Shown piece after piece: positions 1 through 10,016 of a stretch of 64,000 nt of DNA (within the stretch, counting starts at the first letter, position 1; every line of letters begins with the position of its first letter). The notes under the pieces are model-generated. The model worked only from the letters and a program-made list of their open reading frames with translations. It made no database searches and had not been told where the DNA came from. Location: NCBI GenBank assembly GCA_964392455.1, contig CAYMPG010000001.1, positions 8,050 through 72,049 on the forward strand, in the 5' to 3' direction. A program made the position numbers and the translations under genes. This DNA comes from an uncultured Clostridium sp. (GTDB taxonomy: Bacteria > Bacillota > Clostridia > Christensenellales > CAG-138).

Positions 1-543
1 ATGGTACGCAAGGTTCCTATGGGCACCATGTTTGTAATAGCCCTCATTGCCATATTCAATAAATGGATAATGACCACCAAGCTGGGCCAGGATTTCCGTG
101 CCTGCGGACAGAATCAGCATATCGCCGAGTCCAATGGTATAGACGTGGACCGCACCCGTATCATTGCCACCATTATTTCTACTGTATTTGCGGCCTGGGG
201 TATGATAATATATATGCAGAATATCGGTACCCTCAATACCTACACCGCACACAACCAGATAGGCTTCTTCTCCGTAGCAGCCATACTGGTAGGCGGCGCA
301 TCCGTAAGCAAGGCTACCGTATCACAGGCGATAATGGGAACGCTGCTGTTCCACTCCATGTTCATACTCAGCCCCGAGATTGGCCGCGCCGTATTTGGCC
401 AGGCCATACTGGGCGAATACTTCCGTACCTTCATGGTATACGGCGTAATCGGCCTGGCACTGGGTCTGTATGTATGGAAGGCAAATAAGAAGAGCAAGCT
501 TACCCTCGAGCCCGAGGATGCCGTAAAAATGATGAAAGACTAA
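1..543 (+). CDS. ABC transporter permease, C-terminal part (BPD_transp_2-type sugar/nucleoside/branched-chain family); probably continues upstream of the window
   Basis: Open from base 1. Hydrophobic multi-TM sequence with the loop GQNQHIAESNGIDVDRTRI typical of this permease family. Hairpin terminator follows. Confidence 0.6.
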   Translation: MVRKVPMGTMFVIALIAIFNKWIMTTKLGQDFRACGQNQHIAESNGIDVDRTRIIATIISTVFAAWGMIIYMQNIGTLNTYTAHNQIGFFSVAAILVGGASVSKATVSQAIMGTLLFHSMFILSPEIGRAVFGQAILGEYFRTFMVYGVIGLALGLYVWKANKKSKLTLEPEDAVKMMKD

Positions 544-557
544 TATGCTTTTTCAAT

Positions 558-583
558 AAAGGTTGTCCTTCGGGGCAACCTTT
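558..583 (+). terminator. Intrinsic terminator after the permease gene
   Basis: AAAGGTTGTCC-TTCG-GGGCAACCTTT hairpin followed by a T-rich tract. Confidence 0.6.
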
Positions 584-619
584 ATGTATTTTTGCAAAAA
601 AAGAAAGCGAGGAGCAAAA

Positions 620-1720
620 ATGAGAACCGAGTACATTAAAAAGCTTATTGACATGATGGATTATGATGCCATGCTTATATGCCCATCTGAGGAGCTGCTG
701 TTTTTCACGGGCTTTTCTCCCATGCAGTGCGAGCGGTTTCAGGGGCTGTTTGTAAAGAAGGATGGCAGCTTCTTCTATCTGTGCAATATCCTTTACGGCG
801 GCGAGATAACTGCGGGGCTGAAGAACGTATGCCCCATATATACCTGGCATGACAATGAGGGCATGAGCAAGGTATACAGTATTCTTAAGGAGAATGGCCT
901 CTGGGGCAGCACCATAGGGGTAAACAGCTCCGCTCAGGCCTTTAATGTGCTGGATATAGCTAAAAATTGCGACATAACCTTTGTAAACGGCAAGCCTCTG
1001 CTTGAGGAGGTACGCATACATAAGACCCATGAGGAACTGGAAAAAATGCGTAAATCTGCCCAGGTGGCAGATAGCGTTTACGATAAGGTGTGCGGCATGA
1101 TACGCCCCGGCATCACCGAGGGAGATATCAAGGACTTTATGGTGAACGAAATGGCAAAGCAGGGCGGCGGCGGAAATGACCTGTTTTGCATAGTGGCTTC
1201 AGGCCCCAATTCCAGCTACCCCCATTATGAGGGCACCAGCCGCGTGATAGAGGAAGGGGACTGCATCGTGCTGGATTGGGGGTGCGCCCTCAATGAAATG
1301 ATGTCTGATACCAGCCGCACTGTGTTCGTTGGCAGCATTACCGACGAGCAGCGCAGGATATATGACATTGTGGACAAAGCCCAGCTCAAGGGCCAGGCCA
1401 CCGTAAAGGAAGGGGTAAACATACCCGAGATAGACATCGCCGCAAGGGGCGTGATAGAGGAGGCTGGCTATGGCGAAACTCTTGTCAACAGGGTGGGCCA
1501 CGGCATAGGCTACTCGGTACACGAGGGCCCCTATATCAACCAGATAAACCACCGCCCGCTGGAAAAGGGCATGTGCTTCTCCATAGAGCCGGGCATATAT
1601 CTTGCAGGGCGCTTTGGTATGCGTATTGAAAACATAGTGTGCATAAACGAAAAGGGCGAGACTGAGGTGCTCAATAAGTCAGACCGCAGCCTAAGGGTGC
1701 TGGATTGGTGGAAGAAGTAA
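620..1720 (+). CDS. M24-family Xaa-Pro aminopeptidase/dipeptidase
   Basis: Start moved to ATG 620 (GAGGAG RBS 6 nt upstream) inside ORF 563..1720. Pita-bread motifs present: DWGC..MSD.SRT, GHGIG..VHE, FSIEPG, RIEN. Confidence 0.85.
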   Translation: MRTEYIKKLIDMMDYDAMLICPSEELLFFTGFSPMQCERFQGLFVKKDGSFFYLCNILYGGEITAGLKNVCPIYTWHDNEGMSKVYSILKENGLWGSTIGVNSSAQAFNVLDIAKNCDITFVNGKPLLEEVRIHKTHEELEKMRKSAQVADSVYDKVCGMIRPGITEGDIKDFMVNEMAKQGGGGNDLFCIVASGPNSSYPHYEGTSRVIEEGDCIVLDWGCALNEMMSDTSRTVFVGSITDEQRRIYDIVDKAQLKGQATVKEGVNIPEIDIAARGVIEEAGYGETLVNRVGHGIGYSVHEGPYINQINHRPLEKGMCFSIEPGIYLAGRFGMRIENIVCINEKGETEVLNKSDRSLRVLDWWKK

Positions 1721-2163
1721 GAAGGCTTACCACCGAAGCTGAGGTAAGGGCAGCCCTTGCGCTTAGCAGAAGGGTATTTGATGAATTTGTGGCGGTAGGC
1801 TATGAGCCCCGGGGACGGGATACGTTTTACATGGCTACCGATCCTTGCGAAAACGTCAGCCGCTGGCATGGTGGCGAATATGTATTTTACGGTGCATTTG
1901 AAGGGGCGCTGCTGAAGGGCATGGCGGCAAGCCGCATGGGCGGCAGCCACGTTATGCTGCTGTTTGTGGATAAGGCATATCACAGGCAGGGCGTGGCCAG
2001 GGGGCTCATGGCAGCGCTTATACAGGATGCGCCGGAGCGTACCCTTACTGTAAATGCTTCCCCCTATGGGGTGGGGGCATATGAGCGCATGGGCTTTAAG
2101 GTGACAGGCCCTGAGGTAACAGAGCAGGGCATGACGTTTACCCCGATGAAATACACAGAGTAA
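1705..2163 (+). CDS. GNAT-family N-acetyltransferase
   Basis: 152 aa with acetyl-CoA motif A (HRQGVARGLM). TTG start overlaps the preceding gene by 16 nt. Confidence 0.7.
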   Translation: MVEEVRRLTTEAEVRAALALSRRVFDEFVAVGYEPRGRDTFYMATDPCENVSRWHGGEYVFYGAFEGALLKGMAASRMGGSHVMLLFVDKAYHRQGVARGLMAALIQDAPERTLTVNASPYGVGAYERMGFKVTGPEVTEQGMTFTPMKYTE

Positions 2164-2315
2164 CATCAGGCACAGGGCCGCACTTCTATGGGTGCGGCTC
2201 TTTTGGTGGAGCGGACAGGGGCGAAATTATCACTTTTGCGCCATATATGTCCACTTGTGCGGCGGGTAAAGGGTGCTATAATTAATATATATCAGTATGG
2301 CAAAGGAATGGGCTT

Positions 2316-3020
2316 ATGAAGGATTTTGTAGTATTCAATGGCGTATCCAAGCAGTATCAGATGGGGCAGGTCACCATAAAAGCGGTGGATAATATCAGCT
2401 TTTCCATTGCAAAGGGTGAGTTTTGCGTTATAGTGGGCCCCTCAGGTGCAGGAAAGACCACCGTACTCAATATGCTGGGGGGCATAGATGGCTGCACGGA
2501 TGGAGAGATAACTGTGGATGGCGTTACCATAAGCGGCCTTTCGCCAAGGGAGCTTACCACATACCGCAGGCATGATGTGGGCTTTGTATTTCAGTTTTAC
2601 AACCTGGTGCAGAATCTTACTGCCCTGGAAAACGTGGAGCTGGCCGCCCAGATATGCCGTGACCCCATGGATGCCATGGAGGCGATAAGGGGAGTGGGCC
2701 TTGCGGAGCGGAGCAATAACTTCCCAAGCCAGCTTTCCGGCGGCGAGCAGCAGCGGGTATCCATAGCCCGCGCCCTGGCGAAGAACCCAAAGCTGCTCCT
2801 TTGCGATGAGCCCACCGGCGCACTGGATTACGTTACCGGCAAATCCATACTGAAGCTGTTGCAGGATACCTGCCGTAGCAAGGGAGTGACCGTAATACTC
2901 ATTACCCACAATGGAGCCATACGACCCATGGCAGATCATGTGATACATATACGCAATGGCAGGGTGGATAAGGAAGAATACAATCCCACCCCTGCCCCTG
3001 TGGAAGAAATAGAGTGGTAA
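2316..3020 (+). CDS. ABC transporter ATP-binding protein (MacB/LolD-like)
   Basis: Walker [10 protein letters not shown], signature LSGGEQQR, Walker [13 protein letters not shown]. Confidence 0.9.
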   Translation: MKDFVVFNGVSKQYQMGQVTIKAVDNISFSIAKGEFCVIVGPSGAGKTTVLNMLGGIDGCTDGEITVDGVTISGLSPRELTTYRRHDVGFVFQFYNLVQNLTALENVELAAQICRDPMDAMEAIRGVGLAERSNNFPSQLSGGEQQRVSIARALAKNPKLLLCDEPTGALDYVTGKSILKLLQDTCRSKGVTVILITHNGAIRPMADHVIHIRNGRVDKEEYNPTPAPVEEIEW

Positions 3021-3053
3021 CCGGGCCGAGCCTGTGAAAGGAGGAAAGCTGCT

Positions 3054-6000
3054 GTGCTTTCTGCGGTAAAAAAGGATATTCTCCGGGAAATAAAAGGCAG
3101 CAAAAATCGCTTTCTTGCCATAATGGTGCTGTCCATGCTGGCGGTGGCCTTTCTCAGCGGCCTTAAGGTAACGGCTCCCGATATGAAAACCACCGGCGAC
3201 CTTTACCTTGATGACATGGGGCTGATGGATGTGCAGGTCATATCCACCCTGGGCATAACGGATGAGGACGTGGCGGCGCTGTATGGCAGCAATAGCGTGG
3301 ACTATGCTGTGGGGGCTTATGTTTTGGATGCCTGGGCTGGCGATGCAGTGGCCAAGGTGTATTCCATTACCGATCAGGTAAATAGGCTGACCGTTATGGA
3401 GGGCAGGCTGCCGGTGGTGAGCCGGGAGTGCGTGCTGGATGAGGGGCTGCTTTCAAGGCTGGGCCTTGCCATAGGGGATACGCTTACCGTGACCCTCTCT
3501 GAGGACGACGAGGACAGCCTTGTATTTTCCAGCTTTCGCATAGTGGGCACAGTACGCAGCCCCTATTACATAAGCGTGGAAAGGGGCTCTGCTTCAATAG
3601 GCTCAGGCTCGGTGCAGGGATATGTTTATCTTAAGGAAAACGCATTTAATACGGATTGCTATACCATAGCGTACCTAAAAATCAAGGGCGCCATGGAGCT
3701 TACGGCTTTCACTGAGGAATATGATGACTATATAGAGGCTGTGATAGATGAGCTGGAGCCGCTGGGCGAAAAGCGGGCGCTGCTTCGCCATGATGAGGTG
3801 ATAACCGAGGCCACGGATAAAATAGAGGAGGCCGAGCAGGAGCTGGCTGATGCGGAGCAGGAGGTGGCGGACAGAATGGCCGAGGCCGAGCAGGAGCTGG
3901 CGGATGCAAGGAAAAAGCTGGACAATGGCTGGTATGAGTACAGAAAGGGCAAAAAGGAGCTTGAGGACGCATACCCTGACCTTGTGAAGAGCGAGGCAGA
4001 GCTGTGGGATGGCTACTATGAGCTTGAGGATGGGCAAAAGGAATACGACGATGGCCTTAAGGAGTATCAGGCAAACCTTGGGGAGTACGAAAAGAACCTT
4101 GCAGAATACCAGAAAAGCAGGGCAGAGGTAACTGCCAATATCAGCGAAATAAATGCATACTATGAGGGCAAGGCCGCCCTTGAGCAGGGTATAGCCGGCT
4201 GCGACAGCGAGCTTGCAAGGCTCAATGGGCTTACCGAGGGCGACGAGGGCTATGACACAAAGGATGAGGCCATAGCGGCTGCACAGGCAAATAAAGCAGA
4301 GCTGGAGGGCCGGCTCTCAGCCCTTACCTCCGGGGTGAATGAAGCGGAGCTTGCGGCCAATAAGGCACGGCTGGAGGGAGCGATTGTACAGCTTGAGCAG
4401 GGAAAGCCACTGCTTGATGAGGGAAAGGCCAAGCTGGACGAGGCCAAGGCAAAGCTCGACCAGGCAAAGCAGCAGCTAAATAAGGGCTGGGCTGAGTATT
4501 ATCAGGGCAAAAAGGAGCTTGAGGATGGCTGGGATGAATATCTGGAGGGAATGGAGGAACTGCCCAAGGCCCGGCGAAGGCTCAATAAAAGCGAGGCAGA
4601 GTATGAGGATGGGCTGAAGGAGCTTGAGGAAGCAAAGGCAGAAGCCCAGGAGGAGATAGACGACGCAAAGGAAAAGCTGGCAGATGCCCGCAGAAAGGTC
4701 GCAGAAATCGAGGAGGGAGAGTGGTATATCCTTTCCCGAGACTATAATCCGGGCTATACCGGCTTTGGTCAGGATGCAGAGCGCATGGCAAACCTTGCCA
4801 CTGTGTTCCCCGTGATATTCTTCCTGGTGGCGGGGCTGGTGTGCCTTACTACCATGACCCGCATGGTGGAGGAACACCGTACAGAGATTGGCCTTATGAA
4901 GGCCATAGGCTATGGCCGCCTTGCAATATCTGCAAAGTATCTTTGCTATGGGCTGCTGCCCAGCCTTGCAGGCAGCCTTATTGGCCTTGTGATAGGGCAT
5001 ACGCTGTTTCCGGTGATGATATATGTATCCTATCAGATAATGTACGAAATGCCGGATATTACCCTCAGGGTATATCCGGGGCTCAGCATAATGTCCACCC
5101 TGGCGGCGGTGGCCTGCGCCACATTGTCCACATTGTGGGCCTGCCTGTCCACCCTTGAGGATTCCCCTGCAAACCTTATGCGTCCCCGGGCACCAAAGCC
5201 CGGCAAGCGGGTGCTGCTGGAGCGCATACCGGCCCTGTGGAGCCCCATGAGCTTTAACTGGAAGATAACCATACGCAACCTTTTCCGCTATAAAAAGCGC
5301 TTCTGGATGACCGTTATAGGCATAAGCGGCTGCACCGCCCTTGTGATAGCGGGAGTGGGCCTCAGGGATTCCCTTACCATGACAATGAATACCCAGTATG
5401 ATGAGCTTTTCAGCTACGATGCTCAGCTTACCTATGCAGAGGGCATACTGGATGACGAGCGCAGTGAGGTGAATGAGCAGCTTGAGGCAAATGACGATGT
5501 AAGCGCACATGCTGAGATATACGCAGCCAGCGTTACCGCTAAAACCGATGCTTATTCCACCGGTGCATACCTTGAGGTATTCAATGGGGATGAGGTGGGC
5601 CAGTTTATCACCCTCAGGGATTATGATACAAAGGAACCCTTACAGCTTCCCTCATCAGGCGTCCTGGTGGATAAAAAGCTCAGCGAGCTGCTGGAGCTGA
5701 AGGTGGGGGATAGCCTTACCATAGACAGCGACGGTATGTATCAGGCAAAGGTAATGGGCATATATGAAAACTACGTGGCCCACTTTATCTATCTTACGCC
5801 TGAGGCATATGAGGAAATATTCGGCGGTGCGCCTGAGCTGAATGGCGCCATGCTTACGTTAAAAGACCGCAGCCGTGAGGCCTGCGAGGCGGTCAGCACA
5901 GAGCTGCTGAAGCTGAATGGCGTATCCACCATCACCCGGGCGGCAGATACCAAGGACGTTTACCTTAATAGCATGGAGCGGGTGGACTTTGTGGTGGTAG

Positions 6001-6383
6001 TGGTGATACTGTGCGCCGCTGCCCTTGCAATAGTTGTGCTTTACAATCTTTCAAATATAAACATGACCGAGCGTATGCGTGAGCTTGCCACAATAAAGGT
6101 GCTGGGCTTTTACGATGGAGAGGTAAGCGCCTATGTGTACAGGGAGAATATACTCCTTACAGCAGCAGGCATAGCGCTGGGCTGCCTTATGGGCAAATAT
6201 CTTCACGGCTGGCTGATACGCTCTGTGGAGATAGATATAATGATGTTTGGCAGGCAGGTAAAGCCCATGTGCTATGTGGTCTCAGGGGGGCTTACGGCGC
6301 TGTTTTCAGTGATAGTAAATATTATTGCCCATCGGCAGATGAAGGCCATCCCCATGGTGGAATCCCTTAAGAGCGCAGAATAG
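3054..6383 (+). CDS. FtsX/MacB-type ABC permease (1109 aa) with a very long extracytoplasmic coiled-coil insertion
   Basis: N-terminal TM, then about 320 aa of heptad-like repeats (ELADAEQE, GWYEYRKGKKELEDA, GWAEYYQGKKELEDGW). Two FtsX-type TM bundles follow. Paired with the upstream ATPase. Confidence 0.85.
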   Translation: MLSAVKKDILREIKGSKNRFLAIMVLSMLAVAFLSGLKVTAPDMKTTGDLYLDDMGLMDVQVISTLGITDEDVAALYGSNSVDYAVGAYVLDAWAGDAVAKVYSITDQVNRLTVMEGRLPVVSRECVLDEGLLSRLGLAIGDTLTVTLSEDDEDSLVFSSFRIVGTVRSPYYISVERGSASIGSGSVQGYVYLKENAFNTDCYTIAYLKIKGAMELTAFTEEYDDYIEAVIDELEPLGEKRALLRHDEVITEATDKIEEAEQELADAEQEVADRMAEAEQELADARKKLDNGWYEYRKGKKELEDAYPDLVKSEAELWDGYYELEDGQKEYDDGLKEYQANLGEYEKNLAEYQKSRAEVTANISEINAYYEGKAALEQGIAGCDSELARLNGLTEGDEGYDTKDEAIAAAQANKAELEGRLSALTSGVNEAELAANKARLEGAIVQLEQGKPLLDEGKAKLDEAKAKLDQAKQQLNKGWAEYYQGKKELEDGWDEYLEGMEELPKARRRLNKSEAEYEDGLKELEEAKAEAQEEIDDAKEKLADARRKVAEIEEGEWYILSRDYNPGYTGFGQDAERMANLATVFPVIFFLVAGLVCLTTMTRMVEEHRTEIGLMKAIGYGRLAISAKYLCYGLLPSLAGSLIGLVIGHTLFPVMIYVSYQIMYEMPDITLRVYPGLSIMSTLAAVACATLSTLWACLSTLEDSPANLMRPRAPKPGKRVLLERIPALWSPMSFNWKITIRNLFRYKKRFWMTVIGISGCTALVIAGVGLRDSLTMTMNTQYDELFSYDAQLTYAEGILDDERSEVNEQLEANDDVSAHAEIYAASVTAKTDAYSTGAYLEVFNGDEVGQFITLRDYDTKEPLQLPSSGVLVDKKLSELLELKVGDSLTIDSDGMYQAKVMGIYENYVAHFIYLTPEAYEEIFGGAPELNGAMLTLKDRSREACEAVSTELLKLNGVSTITRAADTKDVYLNSMERVDFVVVVVILCAAALAIVVLYNLSNINMTERMRELATIKVLGFYDGEVSAYVYRENILLTAAGIALGCLMGKYLHGWLIRSVEIDIMMFGRQVKPMCYVVSGGLTALFSVIVNIIAHRQMKAIPMVESLKSAE
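3828..3907 (+). repeat. Intragenic direct repeat (26 nt, 1 mismatch) in the coiled-coil coding region
   Basis: GAGGCCGAGCAGGAGCTGGC(T/G)GATGC occurs at 3828-3853 and 3882-3907. Confidence 0.8.
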
Positions 6384-6395
6384 CTTATAAATAAA

Positions 6396-6429
6396 AAAAG
6401 CCCCATACATTACCGTGTATGGGGCTTTT
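6396..6429. terminator. Bidirectional intrinsic terminator between convergent genes
   Basis: AAAAGCCCCATACA-TTACCG-TGTATGGGGCTTTT with A and T tracts on both sides. Confidence 0.75.
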
Positions 6430-6452
6430 CATATATGACCGTATTGTAACCC

Positions 6453-7388
6453 TTAGCCGAGCCTTTTGCTGCACCAGCCGAATATGTCTGACATTACGTT
6501 ATTGCGGTCGGTTTCCAGGAGGATCTCATGCCGGTCGTCGGGATATAGCTTCATGGTCACATCCTTTACGCCTGCATCCCTGTACATATTGTATACCTTC
6601 TTTACTCCCTCGCCCATGCCGCCAATGGGGTCCTCAGCGCCGGATAGTATAAACAGGGGCAGCTCCTTTGGAATTGCCTGCGCGCTGGAGCGCTTGCTTA
6701 CAAAGAATATAGTTTTAAGGAAATCCCGGTAGGCCTTAAGAGTGAATTTGAAGCTGCAACGGTAGTCTGAAAGACATTCCTTTTCCACCGAGGGCTCCTT
6801 GCTGCGCCAATTCAGCTCGGGGCGGCCTCCATCGTTATCGTATTTATCAAAGGCCCCTGTAAAGAACAGCCTTTCCATAAATACGCTGCGGTAGCGCCAG
6901 CCCTTAAAGAGGGCGATGGCGTTGCACACTATAAGGCCGCCTATGGCGACTATGCCGGGGTTTGCCCCTGTGCCCATGATGAGGGCACCGCTGAGACCCT
7001 CTCCCCATGTGGCAAGATACCGCCTGAGAAAATACGAGCCCATGCTGTGGGCCAACATGAAATAGGGAAGCTGTGGGTATTTCTCCGAAGCGATGCGCCG
7101 GAGCTTATCCATATCCGCAAGGAGAGCCTTGTCGCCATCCCCGTCTGCAAAGTAGCCAAGGTTCTCAGGGGTGGCAGCGGTCTTGCCGTGGCCCAGATGG
7201 TCATGGCCTACCACATAAAAGCCCCTGCTGCTCAGGTATTCCCCAAGGCCATCGTATCTGTCTATGTGCTCAATCATGCCGTGGGTTATCTGAAACACGG
7301 CTACGGGTTCTCCATCCGGCAGCCACTCTGCCGCCCTTACGGCGGTTTTGCCATCTGCGGAGGTAAATGTGAATTCACGCTTTGTCAT
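6453..7388 (-). CDS. Alpha/beta hydrolase (lysophospholipase/monoacylglycerol-lipase-like)
   Basis: HGMIEH oxyanion region and AHSMGS nucleophile elbow. AAGGAGG RBS. Lies 10 nt downstream of glpK on the same strand. Confidence 0.8.
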   Translation of the reverse strand: MTKREFTFTSADGKTAVRAAEWLPDGEPVAVFQITHGMIEHIDRYDGLGEYLSSRGFYVVGHDHLGHGKTAATPENLGYFADGDGDKALLADMDKLRRIASEKYPQLPYFMLAHSMGSYFLRRYLATWGEGLSGALIMGTGANPGIVAIGGLIVCNAIALFKGWRYRSVFMERLFFTGAFDKYDNDGGRPELNWRSKEPSVEKECLSDYRCSFKFTLKAYRDFLKTIFFVSKRSSAQAIPKELPLFILSGAEDPIGGMGEGVKKVYNMYRDAGVKDVTMKLYPDDRHEILLETDRNNVMSDIFGWCSKRLG

Positions 7389-7398
7389 AATGTCCTCC

Positions 7399-8886
7399 TT
7401 ACTTTGCCCATCCTCTGCTGCAGCCTACGGCCCTGTGCCAGCTTTCCATAAGGGCGGCACTGTGCGCCCTGTCCATTTCAGGCTTAAAGGCCACATCCTC
7501 ACGCCACAGCTCTTTTATCTCATTCCTGTCCTTCCATACGCCTGTGCTGAGCCCTGCAAGGTATGCTGCGCCAAGTGCGGTGGTTTCCCTTATGGCAGGG
7601 CGATGGACTGTGCGCTGAAGCACATCCGCCTGAAATTGCATAAGGAAAGCATCCCGGCTGGCACCGCCATCTGCCTTTAGTCCATGCATGGGTATGCCGG
7701 TATCCTTTTCCATGGCCTCCACAAGGTCTGCCACCTGATAGGCTATGGATTCCTGCGCCGCCCTGATGATATGCTCCCGCTTGGTGCCCCGTGTAAGCCC
7801 CACTATGCTGCCCCGTGCGTACATATCCCAATAGGGTGCACCAAGCCCCGTAAAGGCGGGCACGAAGTATACGCCGCCATTGTCGCTGACCTTTTGTGCG
7901 TAATACTCTGCATCCCGGCTTTCTGCAAAGAAGCGCATTTCATCCCTGAGCCATTGTATTACCGCCCCGCCTACAAATACCGACCCTTCCAGCGCATACT
8001 CTATGCTGCTGCCAAGGCCTATGCCTATGGTGGTTATAAGGCCGTTTTTGCTTACGCAGGGAGTGCTTCCCGTATTCATCAGCAGGAAGCAGCCTGTGCC
8101 GTAGGTGTTCTTTGCTTCGCCCGGGCCAAAGCAGGCCTGACCAAACAGCGCAGCCTGCTGGTCTCCCGCTATTCCGGATATGGGCACGCTGTGGCCCAGT
8201 ATTTCGGTATAGCCGTATATATCGCTGCTGGGGCGTACCTCCGGGAGTATTTCCTGGGGTATATCCAGCGCATCCAGCAGGGTATCATCCCAGCAGAGCT
8301 TGTGTATATCGTAAAGCATGGTGCGGGAGGCGTTGGTTTGGTCTGTAATATGCACGGCACCTCCTGTGAGCCGCCACAGCAGCCAGGTATCCACCGTGCC
8401 AAAAAGCAGCTGCCCACGCTTTGCTTTATCCCTTGCGCCCTCCACATTATCCAGTATCCATTTTATCTTGCTGCCGGAAAAGTAAGCATCCGGCACAAGG
8501 CCTGTTACGGCGGTTATGTACTCACCAAGGCCCTCCTTCAGCAGAGCATCCACTATGTCTGCCGTGCGCCTGCACTGCCATACTATGGCGTTATAGATGG
8601 GCTTTCCAGTGGCCTTGTCCCATATGATGGCGGTTTCCCGCTGATTGGTTATGCCGATGCCGGCTATATCCTTTGGGGAAATGCCGGATTGGGCTATTGC
8701 CTCCATCATCACCCCGTACTGGGATGACCATATTTCCATAGGGTCATGCTCCACCCAGCCCTCCCGGGGATAAAGCTGAGTAAATTCCTTTTGGCATACT
8801 CCTATGATATTCTGTCTGTTATCGAATATTATCGCCCTGGAGCTTGTGGTGCCCTGATCCAGCGCAAGCAGATATTTTCCGGCCAT
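7399..8886 (-). CDS. glpK: Glycerol kinase
   Basis: N-terminus [22 protein letters not shown] and FGGY-family motifs throughout. Start trimmed from ORF 7399..9075 to ATG 8886 with a GGGAGGG RBS. Confidence 0.95.
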   Translation of the reverse strand: MAGKYLLALDQGTTSSRAIIFDNRQNIIGVCQKEFTQLYPREGWVEHDPMEIWSSQYGVMMEAIAQSGISPKDIAGIGITNQRETAIIWDKATGKPIYNAIVWQCRRTADIVDALLKEGLGEYITAVTGLVPDAYFSGSKIKWILDNVEGARDKAKRGQLLFGTVDTWLLWRLTGGAVHITDQTNASRTMLYDIHKLCWDDTLLDALDIPQEILPEVRPSSDIYGYTEILGHSVPISGIAGDQQAALFGQACFGPGEAKNTYGTGCFLLMNTGSTPCVSKNGLITTIGIGLGSSIEYALEGSVFVGGAVIQWLRDEMRFFAESRDAEYYAQKVSDNGGVYFVPAFTGLGAPYWDMYARGSIVGLTRGTKREHIIRAAQESIAYQVADLVEAMEKDTGIPMHGLKADGGASRDAFLMQFQADVLQRTVHRPAIRETTALGAAYLAGLSTGVWKDRNEIKELWREDVAFKPEMDRAHSAALMESWHRAVGCSRGWAK

Positions 8887-9051
8887 GAGCTGCCCTCCCG
8901 TATAGATGTAGATTATGGTCGATGCCCCGTATGGACGGGGGACATTGAAGTGCAAAAAAGTATATATAAAGTATACCCCCATATTTCTCCTGCCGCAAGG
9001 GCGCTCTTGGAGGGTATGGAAGATGCGGCGCTGGTGTGCTATACTGTGAGC

Positions 9052-9774
9052 ATGAAGGTAAGTTATATTTTTCATAGCGGCTTTTTAATAGAAACAGCCA
9101 GCAGCTATTATGTATTCGATTACTATAAGGGCAGCCTGCCGCCCCTTGATAAGAGCAAGCCTGCCGTGGTATTCGCCAGCCATCACCATGAGGATCACTA
9201 CAATCCGGAAATATTCTCCCTGCTGAAGGATAGGGGCATAGGCAGCATATATGCTGTGCTGGGACGGGATATTTCTCCCAAACGGTATCCCGATGGCGTG
9301 GAGGTGCTAAAGGCAAGAGGCAAGCAGGATTATATCCTGCCTGGCGGGGAAAAGCTGCATACTCTCATTTCCACAGATTCCGGGGTGGCGTTTCTGCTTA
9401 CTACCCCTGAGGGCGTAATATACCACGGGGGCGACCTTAATGACTGGACATGGGCCGATGAGGATGAGAGCTTTAACAGGCAGATACGGGGCTGCTACCG
9501 CCGCCGCATAGATGAGCTTAAGGGGACCCATATAGATATTGCCATGCTGCCCCTTGATTCACGGCAGGGCGAGCATTACGCTGACGGCATGGCGTATTTT
9601 ATCTCGGCGCTGGAGCCTGCCCAGGTATACCCAATGCATTACTGGCAGCAGCCTGAGGTGATAGGCCGCTTCATACGGGAATATCCCCAGTATGGCGGCA
9701 GGATAAAGAATACCGAGGAATACGCCGTAGATGCCCTCTGTAATGCCGAAGATAGGCCGGAGGACAGGGCATGA
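9052..9774 (+). CDS. MBL-fold metallo-hydrolase
   Basis: Motif ASHHHEDHY (HxHxDH). Start set at ATG 9052, which lies 6 nt after an extended -10 (TGCTATACT), so it may be leaderless. Confidence 0.7.
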   Translation: MKVSYIFHSGFLIETASSYYVFDYYKGSLPPLDKSKPAVVFASHHHEDHYNPEIFSLLKDRGIGSIYAVLGRDISPKRYPDGVEVLKARGKQDYILPGGEKLHTLISTDSGVAFLLTTPEGVIYHGGDLNDWTWADEDESFNRQIRGCYRRRIDELKGTHIDIAMLPLDSRQGEHYADGMAYFISALEPAQVYPMHYWQQPEVIGRFIREYPQYGGRIKNTEEYAVDALCNAEDRPEDRA

Positions 9775-9795
9775 TACTTGCCCGGGAGGATAGCT

Positions 9796-9966
9796 ATGGA
9801 ATACAGGGAATACATTCTTACCCGCATAGAATCTGACTATGCATACCTTAAGCGCACAGATGTGCCCTGCGAGGAGGAATTATTCATCGCAAGGGCGCTG
9901 CTGCCGCCTGAGGCGGATGAAGGAAGCCGCCTAAAGTATGAAATGCTGGAATACACCCTGATCTGA
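9796..9966 (+). CDS. Small DUF3006-like protein
   Basis: 56 aa with a GGAGGA RBS. The pattern ...IESDYAYLK....LLPPEADEGSRL resembles DUF3006 proteins, which are commonly paired with MBL-fold genes. Confidence 0.45.
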   Translation: MEYREYILTRIESDYAYLKRTDVPCEEELFIARALLPPEADEGSRLKYEMLEYTLI

Positions 9967-9977
9967 TAAAAACATAA

Positions 9978-10006
9978 ATGGCCCCATACAGTGCGTATGG
10001 GGCCAT
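9978..10006. terminator. Hairpin terminator (best fit for minus-strand pepT)
   Basis: ATGGCCCCATAC-AGTGC-GTATGGGGCCAT. T-rich tail is on the minus strand only. Confidence 0.6.
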
Positions 10007-10016
10007 GCTTATATGA

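Noticed and set aside
8887-9075. N-terminal extensions of the ORF-track models for glpK (to 9075), pepT (to 11390), the MBL gene (from 8746), LysR (to 19614) and the GTPase-NYN gene (to 35700)
   Set aside because: The extensions have no homology-like sequence, run through promoter or intergenic regions, and canonical family N-termini begin at internal ATGs. For glpK, pepT and LysR those internal ATGs also have good RBS; the MBL and GTPase-NYN starts have no SD and are instead supported by an extended -10 element 6 nt upstream (candidate leaderless).
6396-10006. Shared GCCCCATAC...GTATGGGGC core in two terminators (6396-6429 and 9978-10006) as a possible repeat family
   Set aside because: The similarity is limited to a roughly 9-nt stem core. 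Loops and flanks differ, and both hairpins sit exactly where convergent-gene terminators are expected.
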